64,000 nt of DNA from Hyphomicrobium sp. (GTDB lineage Bacteria > Pseudomonadota > Alphaproteobacteria > Rhizobiales > Hyphomicrobiaceae). The DNA lies in the NCBI GenBank assembly GCA_031365865.1, contig JANLYX010000018.1:6859-70858 (forward strand). Direction: 5' to 3'. This document shows, piece after piece, positions 1-11,534 of this stretch (position 1 is its first letter; each line of letters starts with the position of its first letter). Under the pieces are notes generated by a model. It was not told the origin of the DNA, did no database searches, and saw nothing but the letters and a program-made list of their open reading frames with translations. The position numbers were made by a program, and so were the translations under genes.

Positions 1-2
1 TC

Positions 3-659
3 CGGGATGAACTCACTGATATTGTGCCCTTCGATTTGGGAGTCATTAATCATCACACGTACTCGGGCAATTTGCACGTGTGGGAGCTTAAGGATGAGAT
101 CACTGATCTAGTTCAGCACATTCAAGATTCGGTAGCGTCAGGGCAAAAATCCAATTCTCTTTGGAAATATTTTAGCATCTCTGCATCAGCTAACACGCTT
201 CAAACGGCCGCTAGCGGTCCCGATAAGCTGGATTACATAATAAAGCAGCTCGAAACACTTCGCGAAGACGTGGATGTGGTCTCGAAGCGTCAAAGATTGC
301 GCTCGTTGGAAGATGATCGCCCCGTCGGCTACAAGATGAAACTTGATCGCCGCACACTTGAGCTTTCTGACGCCATAACGGACGCGCGCCGTAGGCTCGA
401 TATTACTGTGTCAGAAATATCTGAGTTGGCAAAAGTAGATCGAGTCCAAATTGCGCGCCTAGAAAGGGGCATGCGAGTCCGGCGCTCAACTGCATTGAGG
501 ATTTGCAAGGTTCTTGGGGTAGATCCGAACATGGTTTGGTGGCAGGATCCGCCCTTGACGACTACGGTTATTGCGAAGGCGATAATCAACGAACCGCCTG
601 CTCCAACGGTGAACACTGAAGCATTGAGTGGAGGCGATGTTGCCGAAACGACCGATTGA
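3..659 (+). CDS. 5'-truncated hypothetical protein with C-terminal XRE-type HTH; N-terminal end resembles the tail of a TIR/nucleoside-deoxyribosyltransferase-like domain
   Basis: The frame is open from the window edge (RDELTDIVPFDLGVINHHTY). The C-terminal ISELAKVDRVQIARLERGMRVRRSTALRICKVLG is HTH_3-like. AT-richer than the neighbouring genes. Confidence 0.5.
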   Translation, partial: RDELTDIVPFDLGVINHHTYSGNLHVWELKDEITDLVQHIQDSVASGQKSNSLWKYFSISASANTLQTAASGPDKLDYIIKQLETLREDVDVVSKRQRLRSLEDDRPVGYKMKLDRRTLELSDAITDARRRLDITVSEISELAKVDRVQIARLERGMRVRRSTALRICKVLGVDPNMVWWQDPPLTTTVIAKAIINEPPAPTVNTEALSGGDVAETTD

Positions 660-672
660 TCTGAACTCCTAA

Positions 673-1542
673 CTACTCCGCAGCGGCCGATGGCGAGCCG
701 CCACCGCCTTTGCCTTCGGTGTCGATGGCTTTGAGGCTTTGCAGGTTTGGCATCGAGACGGTGTTATAACCGCAATCGACGAAATGAACCTCGCCCGTCA
801 CCGCGCCCGACATCGGCGACAACAGATAGAGCGCCGAGCCGCCGACGTCATCGAGCGTCGGCGTGCGCTTCAACGGCGAATTCTCGCGCTGGAAATTGAA
901 GATGACGCGGGCGTCGGACACGCCGGCTCCCGATAGCGTCCGCATGGGTCCGGCCGATATCGCGTTGACGCGGATGCCCTGGGGTCCAAGATCGGCAGCA
1001 AGATAGCGAACGGAGGCTTCGAGCGCAGCCTTGGCGACGCCCATGACGTTGTAGGAGGGTACCCAGCGGGTCGAACCGCCGTAAGACAGCGTGATCATCG
1101 AGCCGCCGTTCGGCATCAGGTCCGCGGCGCGCTTGGCGATCTCGGTGAACGAGAAGCACGAAATCACCATCGAGTTGATGAAGTTCTCGCGCGTGGTGTC
1201 GGCGTAGCGGCCGCTCAGTTCCTTGGGGTCGGAATACGCCAGGGCGTGAACGACGAAATCCAAGCCGCCCCATTCCTTTTTGATCTTGGCGAAAACATTA
1301 TCGACGCTGCCAAGATCGAGAACGTTGCATTCCTCGATGATCTTGGAGCCGAGCGATTGCGCGAGCGGCGCCGCACGGCGGCCAAAGGCGCCACCTTGAT
1401 AGGTGAAAGCCAGCTCGGCGCCTTGGCCGGCCAGTGCCCGTGCGATGCCCCACGCAATCGAGCGATCGTTGGCCACGCCCATCACCAAGCCGCGCTTGCC
1501 AGCCATCAAAGGGCCCGGCTTTGCGATGTCGAAGGTGGTCAT
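673..1542 (-). CDS. fabI: enoyl-ACP reductase FabI
   Basis: GLVMGVANDRSIAWGIA, YNVMGVAKAALEASVRYLA; start trimmed to MTTFDIAK (ATG at 1542). Confidence 0.95.
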   Translation of the reverse strand: MTTFDIAKPGPLMAGKRGLVMGVANDRSIAWGIARALAGQGAELAFTYQGGAFGRRAAPLAQSLGSKIIEECNVLDLGSVDNVFAKIKKEWGGLDFVVHALAYSDPKELSGRYADTTRENFINSMVISCFSFTEIAKRAADLMPNGGSMITLSYGGSTRWVPSYNVMGVAKAALEASVRYLAADLGPQGIRVNAISAGPMRTLSGAGVSDARVIFNFQRENSPLKRTPTLDDVGGSALYLLSPMSGAVTGEVHFVDCGYNTVSMPNLQSLKAIDTEGKGGGGSPSAAAE

Positions 1543-1667
1543 GAGTGCGCCTCGTATGCCTGAAAAATTGAAACTTGCCGTGCCCGCGATGCGGGCCAAA
1601 TATTTATCGCCCTGCCAGCGGCTGCGACTGTCTCGCGCGGAAATTTGTCCGCACGGCAGCATCGCGA

Positions 1668-2900
1668 TTAACCATCGTGACGCGCTAAGATCAAAGTGGC
1701 ATTGGTACCGCCGAAACCGAAGCTGTTCGACATGACACAGTTAAGGCTGGCGTTGTCGATGCGCTTGCGCACAATCGGAACATCGGCAAAGGCCGGATCG
1801 ATCTCGTCGATATTGGCGCTTTCGCAGATGAAACCGTTGTTCATCATCAGCAGCGAGAAAATAGCTTCCTGGACGCCAATGGCGCCGAGCGAATGCCCAG
1901 TCAACGACTTGGTCGCGGCAATCGGTGGAATCGCCGCGCCGAAAACCTGCCGGATGGCGTCGATTTCCTTGGCGTCGCCGACGGGCGTGCCGGTGCCGTG
2001 CGGGTTGATGTAGTCGATTTTCGGCGTGCCTTTGCCGTCGAGCCCCTTGCGCGCGAGTTTCATGCAGCGCGCCGCACCTTCGCCGGACGGCGCCACCATG
2101 TCGAAGCCATCGGACGTCGCGCCATAGCCGGCGATCTCGCCGTAAATTTTTGCGCCGCGGGCCTTGGCATGTGCGAGTTCTTCAAGCACCACCACACCCG
2201 CGCCGCCGGCGATCACAAAGCCGTCGCGGTCTTTGTCGTAGGCGCGGCTTGCCTTCTGCGGCGTGGCATTGAAGTGCGATGACATTGCGCCCATGGCGTC
2301 AAAAAGATTTGAGAGTGTCCAATCGAGTTCTTCGCACCCGCCCGCAAACATGATGTCCTGTTTGCCCCACTGAATGAGTTCGGCGGCATTGCCGATGCAG
2401 TGCGCGCTGGTGGCGCACGCCGACGAGATCGAATAGTTGGTTCCCTTGATCTGGAATGCCGTCGCCAGGGCGGCGGAGGGGCCTGAGCACATGGCCTTTG
2501 GAACTTCAAAGGGTCCGATTTTTTTCGGCCCGCCCGATTTGATCGTGGTCTCGGCGGCTTCAACGATGGCGCGCGTCGAGGGCCCGCCAGAGCCGACGAT
2601 AATGCCAGAGCGCTCGTTGACGACATCGCTTGGCTCAAGGCCGGCGTCGCGGATGGCCTGGTCCATGGCTATCCAGTTCCAAGCGACGCCTGGATTCATG
2701 AAGCGCTTGGGTTTGCGGGGAACCATGCCCTCCCACTCGATCTTAGGTTCTCCGTGGACCTGACATTTGAAGCCGAGTTCGGCGTATTTGTCAGAGCGCG
2801 AAATCCCGCTTTTCGCCTCGCGCAAAGAGGCCAGGACTTCCTGCGCGTTGTTTCCGATCGAAGAAACAATACCCATGCCGGTGACGACGACGCGCCTCAT
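1668..2900 (-). CDS. fabB: beta-ketoacyl-ACP synthase I
   Basis: [19 protein letters not shown] (catalytic Cys), [26 protein letters not shown]. Confidence 0.95.
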   Translation of the reverse strand: MRRVVVTGMGIVSSIGNNAQEVLASLREAKSGISRSDKYAELGFKCQVHGEPKIEWEGMVPRKPKRFMNPGVAWNWIAMDQAIRDAGLEPSDVVNERSGIIVGSGGPSTRAIVEAAETTIKSGGPKKIGPFEVPKAMCSGPSAALATAFQIKGTNYSISSACATSAHCIGNAAELIQWGKQDIMFAGGCEELDWTLSNLFDAMGAMSSHFNATPQKASRAYDKDRDGFVIAGGAGVVVLEELAHAKARGAKIYGEIAGYGATSDGFDMVAPSGEGAARCMKLARKGLDGKGTPKIDYINPHGTGTPVGDAKEIDAIRQVFGAAIPPIAATKSLTGHSLGAIGVQEAIFSLLMMNNGFICESANIDEIDPAFADVPIVRKRIDNASLNCVMSNSFGFGGTNATLILARHDG

Positions 2901-3004
2901 CGATTGTCCTTCCTTAGCGCCCGCGGCCCGCAGCGCATGTCCTCAGTCCTCGTTGGCTTCGTCGAAGAGGACCGTTGTCGTTTATCCGAAAGTAGGGGCC
3001 ATTC

Positions 3005-3547
3005 TCAAGCGCCAGATGCGTCCGGCGTCTCGCCGGCTTGGAAAAGCCCGACCTTGAGGTCGGTGGCTTGATAAATCACCTTGCCATCGGCTTTGAGGGT
3101 GCCATCGGCAATCGCCAGTTTCAACCGGCGCAGGATGACCCGCTTCATGTCGAGCACGTATTCAACCTTACCCGTGGTCGGAAGGACCATATCGGTGAAT
3201 TTGACCTCGCCGACGCCAAGGGCCCGGCCCCGCCCCGGCGCCCCAAGCCAGCCCAAATAAAATCCGACCAACTGCCAGAGCGCATCCAGGCCGAGACATC
3301 CTGGCATTACGGGATCTCCCTTGAAGTGACAGTCGAAAAACCAATCAAGTCGAGGATTTCCAGCCACTTTGAGTTCGGCCACGATCTGACCCTTGCCGTG
3401 CGCCCCGCCGGTCTCCGAAACGTGGGAGATCCGGTCGAACATCAACATCGGCGGCAGAGGCAGTTGCGCGTTGCCGGCCCCAAACAGCTCCCCGCGCCCG
3501 CACGAAAGCAGATCCTCGAACTCAAAGCTTGCGCGGCGTTCCGACAT
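3005..3547 (-). CDS. fabA: 3-hydroxydecanoyl-ACP dehydratase/isomerase FabA
   Basis: [33 protein letters not shown]; start trimmed to MSERRAS (ATG at 3547). Confidence 0.95.
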   Translation of the reverse strand: MSERRASFEFEDLLSCGRGELFGAGNAQLPLPPMLMFDRISHVSETGGAHGKGQIVAELKVAGNPRLDWFFDCHFKGDPVMPGCLGLDALWQLVGFYLGWLGAPGRGRALGVGEVKFTDMVLPTTGKVEYVLDMKRVILRRLKLAIADGTLKADGKVIYQATDLKVGLFQAGETPDASGA

Positions 3548-3845
3548 TTTATCCTCGTTTTGTTCCAGGGCCGTCGCGACAGTGCAACAGGTATCGCCGC
3601 AGGGCCGCGTCTCGTAACACATTGCCGAAAGCACTGAAAGCTGTGGTATTGAGTCCAGAGCAGTCATGTATGGTTGAAATCCTTGAATTATCCCAGCTTC
3701 GTCATCGGTTGCCTCAAGCATCAGAACCGCCTAGTGTGTGGGTAAGTCTTTTTGGCAAAGCGGCGCGGCATCTCACGTTGTGCGGCAAAGCTTGGTTTGA
3801 GCCTTCCAAACTACGTATTTGAGTTAGAACCCAACGCGGCGACCG

Positions 3846-4289
3846 ATGAACGAATCGAAGCCTTACGCGAATGCCATGCGGCCCGGCGCAGTTGTGCCGG
3901 AGCTGTTGCGCCAATCGGGCTTGCGGCCGACGCGGCAGCGTCTGGCATTGGGCAAGCTGCTGTTTGGCGGCGAAGACCGGCATGTGACGGCTGAGCAGTT
4001 GCACGCCGAGGTCGAGGCCTTGGGTGAGCATGTTTCGCTGGCCACCGTCTACAACACGCTGCATCAATTTAAGCGCGCCGGTCTGCTCCGCGAACTGGCG
4101 GTCGAAGGCTCGAAAGCCTATTTCGATACCAACACCTCAAACCATAACCATTTCCTGGTCGAGCCCGAAGGCACGGTCATGGACATCCCAGGCGACAGTA
4201 TTCAGGTCGCCGGGTTGCCGGCCCCGCCTGACGGCATGCGCATCACCCACATTGATGTCGTGGTTCGGTTGGCCAAGAAAGCTGTTTAG
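3846..4289 (+). CDS. irr: Fur-family iron response regulator Irr
   Basis: LRPTRQRLAL, SLATVYNTLHQF, FDTNTSNHNHF; divergent from fabA as is typical in Hyphomicrobiales. Confidence 0.85.
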   Translation: MNESKPYANAMRPGAVVPELLRQSGLRPTRQRLALGKLLFGGEDRHVTAEQLHAEVEALGEHVSLATVYNTLHQFKRAGLLRELAVEGSKAYFDTNTSNHNHFLVEPEGTVMDIPGDSIQVAGLPAPPDGMRITHIDVVVRLAKKAV

Positions 4290-4314
4290 GCAGAGTTTAT
4301 TGCCGATTGAGCAG

Positions 4315-4923
4315 CTATTTTAATTTCTCGCCTTCGTAGACGCCCCATAGCTTTTTCTGCTCGATGTAGCCGCCAAATGCGTCAATCGTGACCCGGCACC
4401 AAACCCCATCACAGTTGTGAATATTGGCGATGACGCCAGCTTCGACTTTGGCGACCATGGCGGCGTTTTCGCTGTCGCTCGAGCGAATAGGAACCTGCGG
4501 CGGCGCGGCACCGGCTTTGGTTTCCCAAGGCAAAATCAAAGCCGTCCTGCGGCCTGAAAGAAACGATTGCAGGACCCACCCCGTCACGCCCTCGGAATCG
4601 CGGACCTGCCGCCAGCCTTCGAACTCCTTGATCACTTCAAGCGGTAAGCCTGCCCGGCGATACACCCAACCGGTTGGATAATCTGTGCCGGGCCCATTGC
4701 GGAGGTTCACGCGATCAGACTTGAGGCTGACGTAGCGAGGCACGGGCAGGCCGCTGCCGGCCGGCGCTCCGGGGGCCGCAGGTGGTTGAGCCGGCGCTTG
4801 TTGGGTCTCGGTTGGAGCCTGTACGGCCGGTTGCGCCGGCTTTTGGGCGGCTGCTTCGACGGCTGTGTCGCCCATCCCCAACATCAAAATGGCCAAACTC
4901 AAAAAACCATGACGTTTCAGCAT
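4315..4923 (-). CDS. exported tandem bacterial SH3-domain protein
   Basis: N-terminal signal-like segment; RYVSLKSDRVNLRNGPG...WRQVRD and WCRV...GYIEQKKLWG. Confidence 0.85.
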   Translation of the reverse strand: MLKRHGFLSLAILMLGMGDTAVEAAAQKPAQPAVQAPTETQQAPAQPPAAPGAPAGSGLPVPRYVSLKSDRVNLRNGPGTDYPTGWVYRRAGLPLEVIKEFEGWRQVRDSEGVTGWVLQSFLSGRRTALILPWETKAGAAPPQVPIRSSDSENAAMVAKVEAGVIANIHNCDGVWCRVTIDAFGGYIEQKKLWGVYEGEKLK

Positions 4924-5128
4924 CGCAGACCTTCGATCGGCATCATGGGGGAGCTGGCAACACGAAAAGGATTTACGAGAGTCGTTGATTGCTAAAACGG
5001 TACTTTGTCATCGCCAAGGCCATCTGTTAGACACGCAAGAACCAAATAAGACGCCGCGCTGGCCGCTTAAGTCAATCGCGCGGCGGCAAGTGCCAAGTCT
5101 CAAGTTAGCCGTGTCCCCCGGAATCACA

Positions 5129-6127
5129 ATGCCAAGCACCACTAAGAAACCTGTTGTTATCGTCACGCGCAAGCTTCCCGATGTCGTCGAGACGCGGATG
5201 TGCGAACTTTTCGACACCCGTCTCAACGCCGGCGATAAGCCGATGACGGCCGCGGAACTCATTCAGGCCGTCAAGGTCGCGGACGTTCTGGTCCCAACTG
5301 TCACAGATCGCATCGACCGGTCTGTGCTGACGCAAGCGGGGCCGCAACTGCGGTTGATCGCCAATTTTGGAACGGGCGTAGATAACGTCGATCTCGATAC
5401 GGCGCGCAATCGCGGAATTCTGGTGACGAATACGCCGGGCGTCCTGACCGAAGACGCCGCCGATATGACCATGGCGCTGATTCTCGCCGTGCCGCGCCGG
5501 GTCGCGGAAGGCGCCGCATATATGAAAGATCCCAACACCAAATGGGGCGGCTGGTCGCCGACCTGGATGTTGGGCCACCGCATCTACGGCAAGCGGCTTG
5601 GCATCATCGGTATGGGCCGCATCGGCCAGGCGGTGGCTCGCCGCGCCAAGGCCTTCGGGCTGCAGATCCACTATCACAACCGCCGCCGCGTGGCGGCCGA
5701 GGTCGAGCAGGAACTCGAGGCGACCTACTGGGAAAGCCTCGACCAGATGCTGACCCGCGTCGATATCGTTTCGGTCAATTGCCCGCATACTCCGGCAACC
5801 TATCACTTGCTGTCGGCGCGGCGGCTCAAATTGTTGAAGCCGTCAGCCTATATCGTCAATACCGCGCGCGGTGAGATCATCGACGAAAACGAGCTGGCAC
5901 GCTTGTTGGAGTCGGGTGCGGTTTCAGGCGCCGGGCTCGATGTTTTCGAGCATGAGCCGGCGGTCAATCCGCGCTTGCTCGCCTCCGACCGGGTGGTGGC
6001 GCTGCCGCACATGAGTTCAGCGACGATTGAAGGCCGGGTCGATATGGGGGAGAAGGTCATCATCAACATCAAAGCTTTCTCGGATGGCCACGCGCCGCCC
6101 GATCGCGTCCATCCGGCAATGTTTTGA
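5129..6127 (+). CDS. D-2-hydroxyacid dehydrogenase (glyoxylate reductase-like)
   Basis: LGIIGMGRIG, VNTARG, GLDVFEHEP, LPHMSSAT; start trimmed to MPSTTKK. Confidence 0.9.
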   Translation: MPSTTKKPVVIVTRKLPDVVETRMCELFDTRLNAGDKPMTAAELIQAVKVADVLVPTVTDRIDRSVLTQAGPQLRLIANFGTGVDNVDLDTARNRGILVTNTPGVLTEDAADMTMALILAVPRRVAEGAAYMKDPNTKWGGWSPTWMLGHRIYGKRLGIIGMGRIGQAVARRAKAFGLQIHYHNRRRVAAEVEQELEATYWESLDQMLTRVDIVSVNCPHTPATYHLLSARRLKLLKPSAYIVNTARGEIIDENELARLLESGAVSGAGLDVFEHEPAVNPRLLASDRVVALPHMSSATIEGRVDMGEKVIINIKAFSDGHAPPDRVHPAMF

Positions 6128-6145
6128 GGCGCGCGCAACACCGCA

Positions 6146-7021
6146 ATGTCGATCAAACATCCCATCATTTCCGTCACCGGGTCCTCGGGCGCTGGCACCA
6201 CGTCGGTCTGGCATACATTCGAGACCATTTTCAGGCGCGAGAACGTCAATGCAGCCTTCGTTCAGGGCGACGCGTTTCATCGCTTCGACCGGGCTGGCAT
6301 GGACCAAGCGATGGACGAAGCCGCCAAGCGCGGCAATCAGAATTTCAGCCATTTCGGCGACGCCGCCAACCTTCTTGAAGACCTTGAAAACCTGTTTCGC
6401 ACGTATGCCGAATCAGGTCGCGGGCGGACGCGGCAATATATCCACGACGAGGACGAAGCAAAAACGACAGGCGTTGAAATCGGATCGTTCACGCCTTGGA
6501 CCGATATTGAAGCAGGCTCGGATCTCTTGTTGTACGAGGGTTTGCACGGCGCTGTGGTGACTGAAAAAGTCAACATCGGCCGCCACGCCGATCTTAAAAT
6601 CGGTGTCGTACCCGTTATCAATCTCGAATGGATTCAAAAGATCGATCGTGACCGGTCGCAGCGCGGCTACACCACCGAAGAGGTCACCGCTGCCATCCTT
6701 CGCCGGATGCCCGATTACGTCACCTACATCTGCCCGCAATTCACCGAAACCGACATCAATTTCCAGCGTGTGCCAACAGTCGATACCTCGAACCCGTTCG
6801 TGGCGCGCTGGATCCCGACGCCGGACGAATCGATGGTCATCATCCGCTTCAAGGATCCGCGCGGCATCGACTTCGCCTATCTGTTGTCGATGATTCACGA
6901 TAGCTTCATGTCGCGCCCAAATTCCATCGTCGTGCCGGGCGGCAAACTCGATCTTGCCATGCAGTTGATTTTGACGCCTCTGATCCTGCAGTTGGTCGAG
7001 AGAAAGCGCCGCGCCGGCTAA
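6146..7021 (+). CDS. prkB: phosphoribulokinase (proteobacterial type)
   Basis: [52 protein letters not shown]. Confidence 0.93.
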   Translation: MSIKHPIISVTGSSGAGTTSVWHTFETIFRRENVNAAFVQGDAFHRFDRAGMDQAMDEAAKRGNQNFSHFGDAANLLEDLENLFRTYAESGRGRTRQYIHDEDEAKTTGVEIGSFTPWTDIEAGSDLLLYEGLHGAVVTEKVNIGRHADLKIGVVPVINLEWIQKIDRDRSQRGYTTEEVTAAILRRMPDYVTYICPQFTETDINFQRVPTVDTSNPFVARWIPTPDESMVIIRFKDPRGIDFAYLLSMIHDSFMSRPNSIVVPGGKLDLAMQLILTPLILQLVERKRRAG

Positions 7022-7040
7022 TCATCGAAAGGACTGCGCT

Positions 7041-7715
7041 TTGGTACGGCCCCTGATCATCGCCCCTTCCATTTTATCGGCCGATTTCGGCCGCTTGGCG
7101 GAGGAGATTAAACGCGTCGACGAAGCGGGAGCCGACTGGATCCATTGCGACGTCATGGATGGGCATTTCGTGCCGAACATCACATTTGGGCCGCAGGTGA
7201 TCAAGGCCGTGCGCGGTGCTTCGAAAAAAATCTTCGATGTGCATCTCATGATCGCGCCGGCAGATCCCTACCTTGCGGCCTTTGCCGATGCCGGGGCCGA
7301 CATCATCACCGTTCATGCCGAGGCTGGCCCTCATCTCGACAGGTCTTTGCAGGCCATAAGGTCACTGGGCAAAAAAGCCGGTGTGTCCCTTAATCCTTCG
7401 ACACCGGCGAGTGTCATAGAGCATGTCCTCGACCGTCTCGATCTGGTTTTGCTGATGACGGTCAATCCAGGTTTTGGCGGCCAGGCATTCATCCCCTCGG
7501 TCATTGAGAAAATACGGCAAGTCAAAGCTATGGTTGGCAATCGTCAGATCGACATTGAGGTGGATGGCGGAGTTACGCCCGAAACCGCGCCGCTGGTCGT
7601 CAAGGCTGGCGCCAATGTTCTTGTCGCAGGGTCTGCGGTGTTTAAAGGCGGGACGATTGAAGCCTATCGCGCCAACATCTCGGCCATTCGCAATTCAACG
7701 GCGATTGCGGTCTAG
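7041..7715 (+). CDS. rpe: ribulose-phosphate 3-epimerase
   Basis: [43 protein letters not shown]; TTG start. Confidence 0.95.
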   Translation: MVRPLIIAPSILSADFGRLAEEIKRVDEAGADWIHCDVMDGHFVPNITFGPQVIKAVRGASKKIFDVHLMIAPADPYLAAFADAGADIITVHAEAGPHLDRSLQAIRSLGKKAGVSLNPSTPASVIEHVLDRLDLVLLMTVNPGFGGQAFIPSVIEKIRQVKAMVGNRQIDIEVDGGVTPETAPLVVKAGANVLVAGSAVFKGGTIEAYRANISAIRNSTAIAV

Positions 7716-7729
7716 GGTGCGATCACGCT

Positions 7730-8737
7730 CTAGACCTTGTAGAAATCCCTATACCACTTGACGAAGTGGCGCACGCCCTGCTCAAGCGGCGTTGCCGGTT
7801 TGAATCCAACGGCCGCCATTAACGCATCGACGTTGGCATAGGTTTCCGCAACGTCGCCCGGCTGCGGCGGCATCATTTTGCAGATGGCCTTCTTGCCGGT
7901 CTCGGCTTCAATCAGGCTAATGAAAGTCGTCAAGGGAACCGGCGTATTGTGGCCGATATTGTAAATCCGGTAGGGCGCGGCTGAAGTATCGGCGCGCGGG
8001 TTGGCGCTGGACCAGTCGGGGTCGGGCGCGGCGGTCAGATCTAACGTTCGAACGACGCCTTCGACGATGTCGTCAATGTAGGTAAAATCGCGGGCGTGAT
8101 GGCCGTCGTTGTAGACTTCGATGGCGCGGCCCTCGAGGATATTTTTCGTAAATTTGAACAGCGCCATGTCCGGGCGGCCCCACGGGCCGTAGACCGTGAA
8201 AAATCTTAGACCCGTCAGCGGAATGCCGTAGAGCGAGGCATAAGTATGCGCCATCAGCTCGTTTGATTTTTTTGTTGCTGCGTACAGGCTGAGCGGATGA
8301 TCGACCCCGTCACGCTCGCTGAAAGGCATTGTCGTATTGGCGCCATAGACCGAACTGGACGACGCGAACACGCAATGCTCAATCGTATTATGCCGGCACG
8401 CTTCCAGAATGTTCAGAAAACCTTGGATATTGGAATCGAGATAAGCTTGAGGATTGTCGATTGAGTATCTAACCCCGGCCTGTGCGGCCAAGTGAACGAC
8501 GCGTTCGAACTTGTGTTCGGCAAATAGAGTGGGCACGGCGGCGCGATCGGCGATGTCGAGTTTTATGAAGCGAAAGCCGTTGCGGCCTTCCAGGCTCTTC
8601 AAACGCGCCAACTTCAAACCCACGTCATAGTAGGTATTGAGATTGTCGATGCCGATGACCTCGTCACCGCGATCAAGCAAGGCTTTCGCCGTGTGAAAAC
8701 CGATGAAGCCGGCCGCCCCTGTCACCAAGACTTTCAT
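7730..8737 (-). CDS. NAD-dependent epimerase (UDP-glucuronate 4-epimerase-like)
   Basis: [47 protein letters not shown]. Confidence 0.88.
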   Translation of the reverse strand: MKVLVTGAAGFIGFHTAKALLDRGDEVIGIDNLNTYYDVGLKLARLKSLEGRNGFRFIKLDIADRAAVPTLFAEHKFERVVHLAAQAGVRYSIDNPQAYLDSNIQGFLNILEACRHNTIEHCVFASSSSVYGANTTMPFSERDGVDHPLSLYAATKKSNELMAHTYASLYGIPLTGLRFFTVYGPWGRPDMALFKFTKNILEGRAIEVYNDGHHARDFTYIDDIVEGVVRTLDLTAAPDPDWSSANPRADTSAAPYRIYNIGHNTPVPLTTFISLIEAETGKKAICKMMPPQPGDVAETYANVDALMAAVGFKPATPLEQGVRHFVKWYRDFYKV

Positions 8738-8866
8738 GCCGTCTTTTCGGTCCTCTCGGGCCCTTGTCATGAAGGGGTTGCATCGCTGATAGGGTGCGCA
8801 TAACAGACATTGGTTTGCCATGCCAGAGCCTATTAGCCTTGCGGATAAGCATCTCGGAGAGGGTGA

Positions 8867-11332
8867 ATGAAATTTTCGACGCCGTTGCCGGTCGATGCCG
8901 TGCTCGCAGACATATCTAGTGCCTTGTCAGAGCATGGCCAAGCGGTGCTCATCGCTCCGCCCGGCGCTGGAAAGACCACGCGTGTGCCGCTGGCGCTGCT
9001 CGATGAAGGCTGGCTTGCGGGCAAAAAGATCCTGGTTCTGGAGCCGCGCCGCATCGCGGCTCGCGGGGCCGCCGAGTTCATGTCGAAGTCGATAGGCGAC
9101 CGGCTCGGCGGCGTGGTCGGGCTTCGGGCGCGGCTGTCGTCCAAGGTGGGTCCGGGCACACGCATTGAGGTCATCACCGAAGGTGTTTTCACACGCATGA
9201 TCCTCGATGACCCGGAGCTGACGGGTGTTGGCGCCGTCGTGTTCGATGAATTTCATGAACGATCGCTCGACGCTGATCTTGGGCTTGCGCTGGCATTGGA
9301 CGCGCGCGCAGCTTTGCGGCCGGATTTGCGGCTACTGGTCATGTCGGCAACGCTTGACGGCGGCCGCGTCTCGGAGCTGCTCGGAAACGCACCGGTCATT
9401 GCCAGTGAGGGCCGGGCATTTCCGGTCGAGACCCGATATTTGGGTCGCAAATCTCAACGCATCGAAGACGATGTGACGGATGCCATAACGCGCGCGCTTA
9501 AGGCTGACAGCGGATCGATTTTGGCTTTTCTGCCGGGACAGGGAGAGATCGCGCGTGTTGCCGAGCGGTTGCGAGAGCGCATCACAGATTCAGGTATCGA
9601 TATTGCGCCGCTCTATGGCGCCCTCGATATGGCGGCGCAGGACATGGCGGTCATGCCGGCGGCCCCCGGCCGGCGTAAAGTTGTGATCGCGACGTCGATT
9701 GCAGAAACCTCGATTACCATAGAAGGCGTGCGGGTTGTCATCGACAGCGGCCTGGCGCGCGTGCCGCGCTTTGAGCCTGAAATTGGCGTGACGCGCTTGG
9801 AGACGGTGCGGGTTTCACGCGCGTCCGCCGATCAACGGCGGGGCCGCGCGGGCCGCACGCTGGCGGGTGTTTGCTACCGGCTTTGGGACGAACCCGAGAC
9901 GCAAGGACTTCTTCCTTTCGCGGAACCGGAAATTCGCGCTGCCGATCTTTCCGGATTAGTGCTCGATTGTGCGGAATGGGGCGTTCAAGATCTTCAAAGC
10001 TTGCGCTGGCTGGATCCACCGTCCGAGGGTTTGGTCAGAGCGACGCGCGAAGATCTGGTATCCATCGGTGCCCTCGACGGCAAGGGTCGCATCACCGAGG
10101 AGGGACGGCGCATCCGGGCGTTGCCGCTGCCGCCGCGACTGGCGCGGATGGTGCTTGCGGCTGGAAAAATTGGCGCGGCGGCGCGAGCCGCGATGATCGC
10201 CTCGGTGCTGGTCGAGCGCGGCACTGGCGGCAACGATGTTGATCTCGATCACCGTCTTGAAAATTTTGCCCGCGACCGTTCGCGGCGCGCCGAAGATATG
10301 CGTCGCTTGAGCGTGGGCTGGGCCAAGGCTGCGTTAGACGATGTGAAGGCGCGAGCGCGAGAGGATATTTCAACGGCTGGCCTTCTCGCGCTCGCCTATC
10401 CCGATCGCATTGCCAAATCGCGGGGGGCCGCGGGACAATTCCTGCTCGCCAACGGCCGCGCCGGCACGATCGACACAACACATGCACTGTCGCGGGCGCC
10501 TTATCTGGTGGTCGCGGAATTGCAGGGCCGGGCCGCGGCAACGCGGATCATTTTGGCCGCGCAAGCGACCGAGGATGAGATTCTCGCCGCCGCCGCGACC
10601 AGGATCGAGGACACCACCTCTGTGCAATTCGACACCCAATCGATGAGCGTGCGGGCGCGGCGCGTACGCCGTCTCGGCGCCATCACGCTTGCAAGCGAGC
10701 CACTGGCGATGTCACCTACCCAAGATGTTTCTGCGGCGCTCGCCGAAGGCATTGGGAGTTTGGGCGTCGCGTGCCTGCCGTGGACCAAGTCCCAGATGCA
10801 GGTGCGCGAGCGTGCGGGATTTTTGAAAAGAGCCGGCGGCGACTGGCCGGACCTTTCCGACGAAGCGCTGTCTCAATCCACCGCGCATTGGTTGCAGCCG
10901 TTTCTTGCCGGTAAATCGCGCCTGCCGAATATCGATGCGGACGGTCTTTCGGCCGCGCTCGACGCTCTCTTACCTTGGCGTCTTCGCCAGCGTCTCGATG
11001 AGGAAGCGCCGACGCATTTTGAGGCTCCGACCGGAAATCGTTTTGCCGTTGACTACGACGGTCCGGGCGCGCCCGCGCTGCATATCCGCGTGCAGGAATT
11101 GTTCGGCCTCAAGGCCCATCCCGCGATTGCCAACGGCCGTCTGCCGCTGACCCTCAATTTGCTGTCGCCAGCCCATCGCCCCATCCAGATCACCCGAGAT
11201 TTGCCAGGCTTCTGGGCCGGGTCGTGGGCATCGGTCAAAGCCGATATGCGCGGGCGATACCCCCGCCACGTCTGGCCGGACGATCCAGCCAACGCCATCC
11301 CAACAGCCCGCGCTAAGCCACGCGGGACGTAG
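8867..11332 (+). CDS. hrpB: ATP-dependent RNA helicase HrpB
   Basis: [38 protein letters not shown]-terminal [19 protein letters not shown]. Confidence 0.93.
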   Translation: MKFSTPLPVDAVLADISSALSEHGQAVLIAPPGAGKTTRVPLALLDEGWLAGKKILVLEPRRIAARGAAEFMSKSIGDRLGGVVGLRARLSSKVGPGTRIEVITEGVFTRMILDDPELTGVGAVVFDEFHERSLDADLGLALALDARAALRPDLRLLVMSATLDGGRVSELLGNAPVIASEGRAFPVETRYLGRKSQRIEDDVTDAITRALKADSGSILAFLPGQGEIARVAERLRERITDSGIDIAPLYGALDMAAQDMAVMPAAPGRRKVVIATSIAETSITIEGVRVVIDSGLARVPRFEPEIGVTRLETVRVSRASADQRRGRAGRTLAGVCYRLWDEPETQGLLPFAEPEIRAADLSGLVLDCAEWGVQDLQSLRWLDPPSEGLVRATREDLVSIGALDGKGRITEEGRRIRALPLPPRLARMVLAAGKIGAAARAAMIASVLVERGTGGNDVDLDHRLENFARDRSRRAEDMRRLSVGWAKAALDDVKARAREDISTAGLLALAYPDRIAKSRGAAGQFLLANGRAGTIDTTHALSRAPYLVVAELQGRAAATRIILAAQATEDEILAAAATRIEDTTSVQFDTQSMSVRARRVRRLGAITLASEPLAMSPTQDVSAALAEGIGSLGVACLPWTKSQMQVRERAGFLKRAGGDWPDLSDEALSQSTAHWLQPFLAGKSRLPNIDADGLSAALDALLPWRLRQRLDEEAPTHFEAPTGNRFAVDYDGPGAPALHIRVQELFGLKAHPAIANGRLPLTLNLLSPAHRPIQITRDLPGFWAGSWASVKADMRGRYPRHVWPDDPANAIPTARAKPRGT

Positions 11333-11414
11333 GTGCGTTACGCGCGCACTGGTTAGAAAAAACAGAGCAGAAATGCGGTATTCCACACGGCCTGCTGCGC
11401 CGAAACCGAACTCA

Positions 11415-11487
11415 GTTGACGACAGATAAAGCCGATGCTCTAAGAAGCCAATTCTGCGGTGTTGGTCCGGTCTCGTTGACGACGGAT
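11415..11487 (+). repeat. 13-bp imperfect direct repeat GTTGACGAC(A/G)GAT, 60 bp apart, upstream of wbpB
   Basis: Copies at 11415-11427 and 11475-11487, both containing TTGAC. Confidence 0.4.
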
Positions 11488-11534
11488 GCTGACACGCTAT
11501 TCCCAGATACGTACTGTCTGCTCAAGGAGCCGTT

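Noticed and set aside
3790-3840. Iron control element (ICE) near irr
   Set aside because: Only the right half (TTCCAAA) matches; the left half does not.
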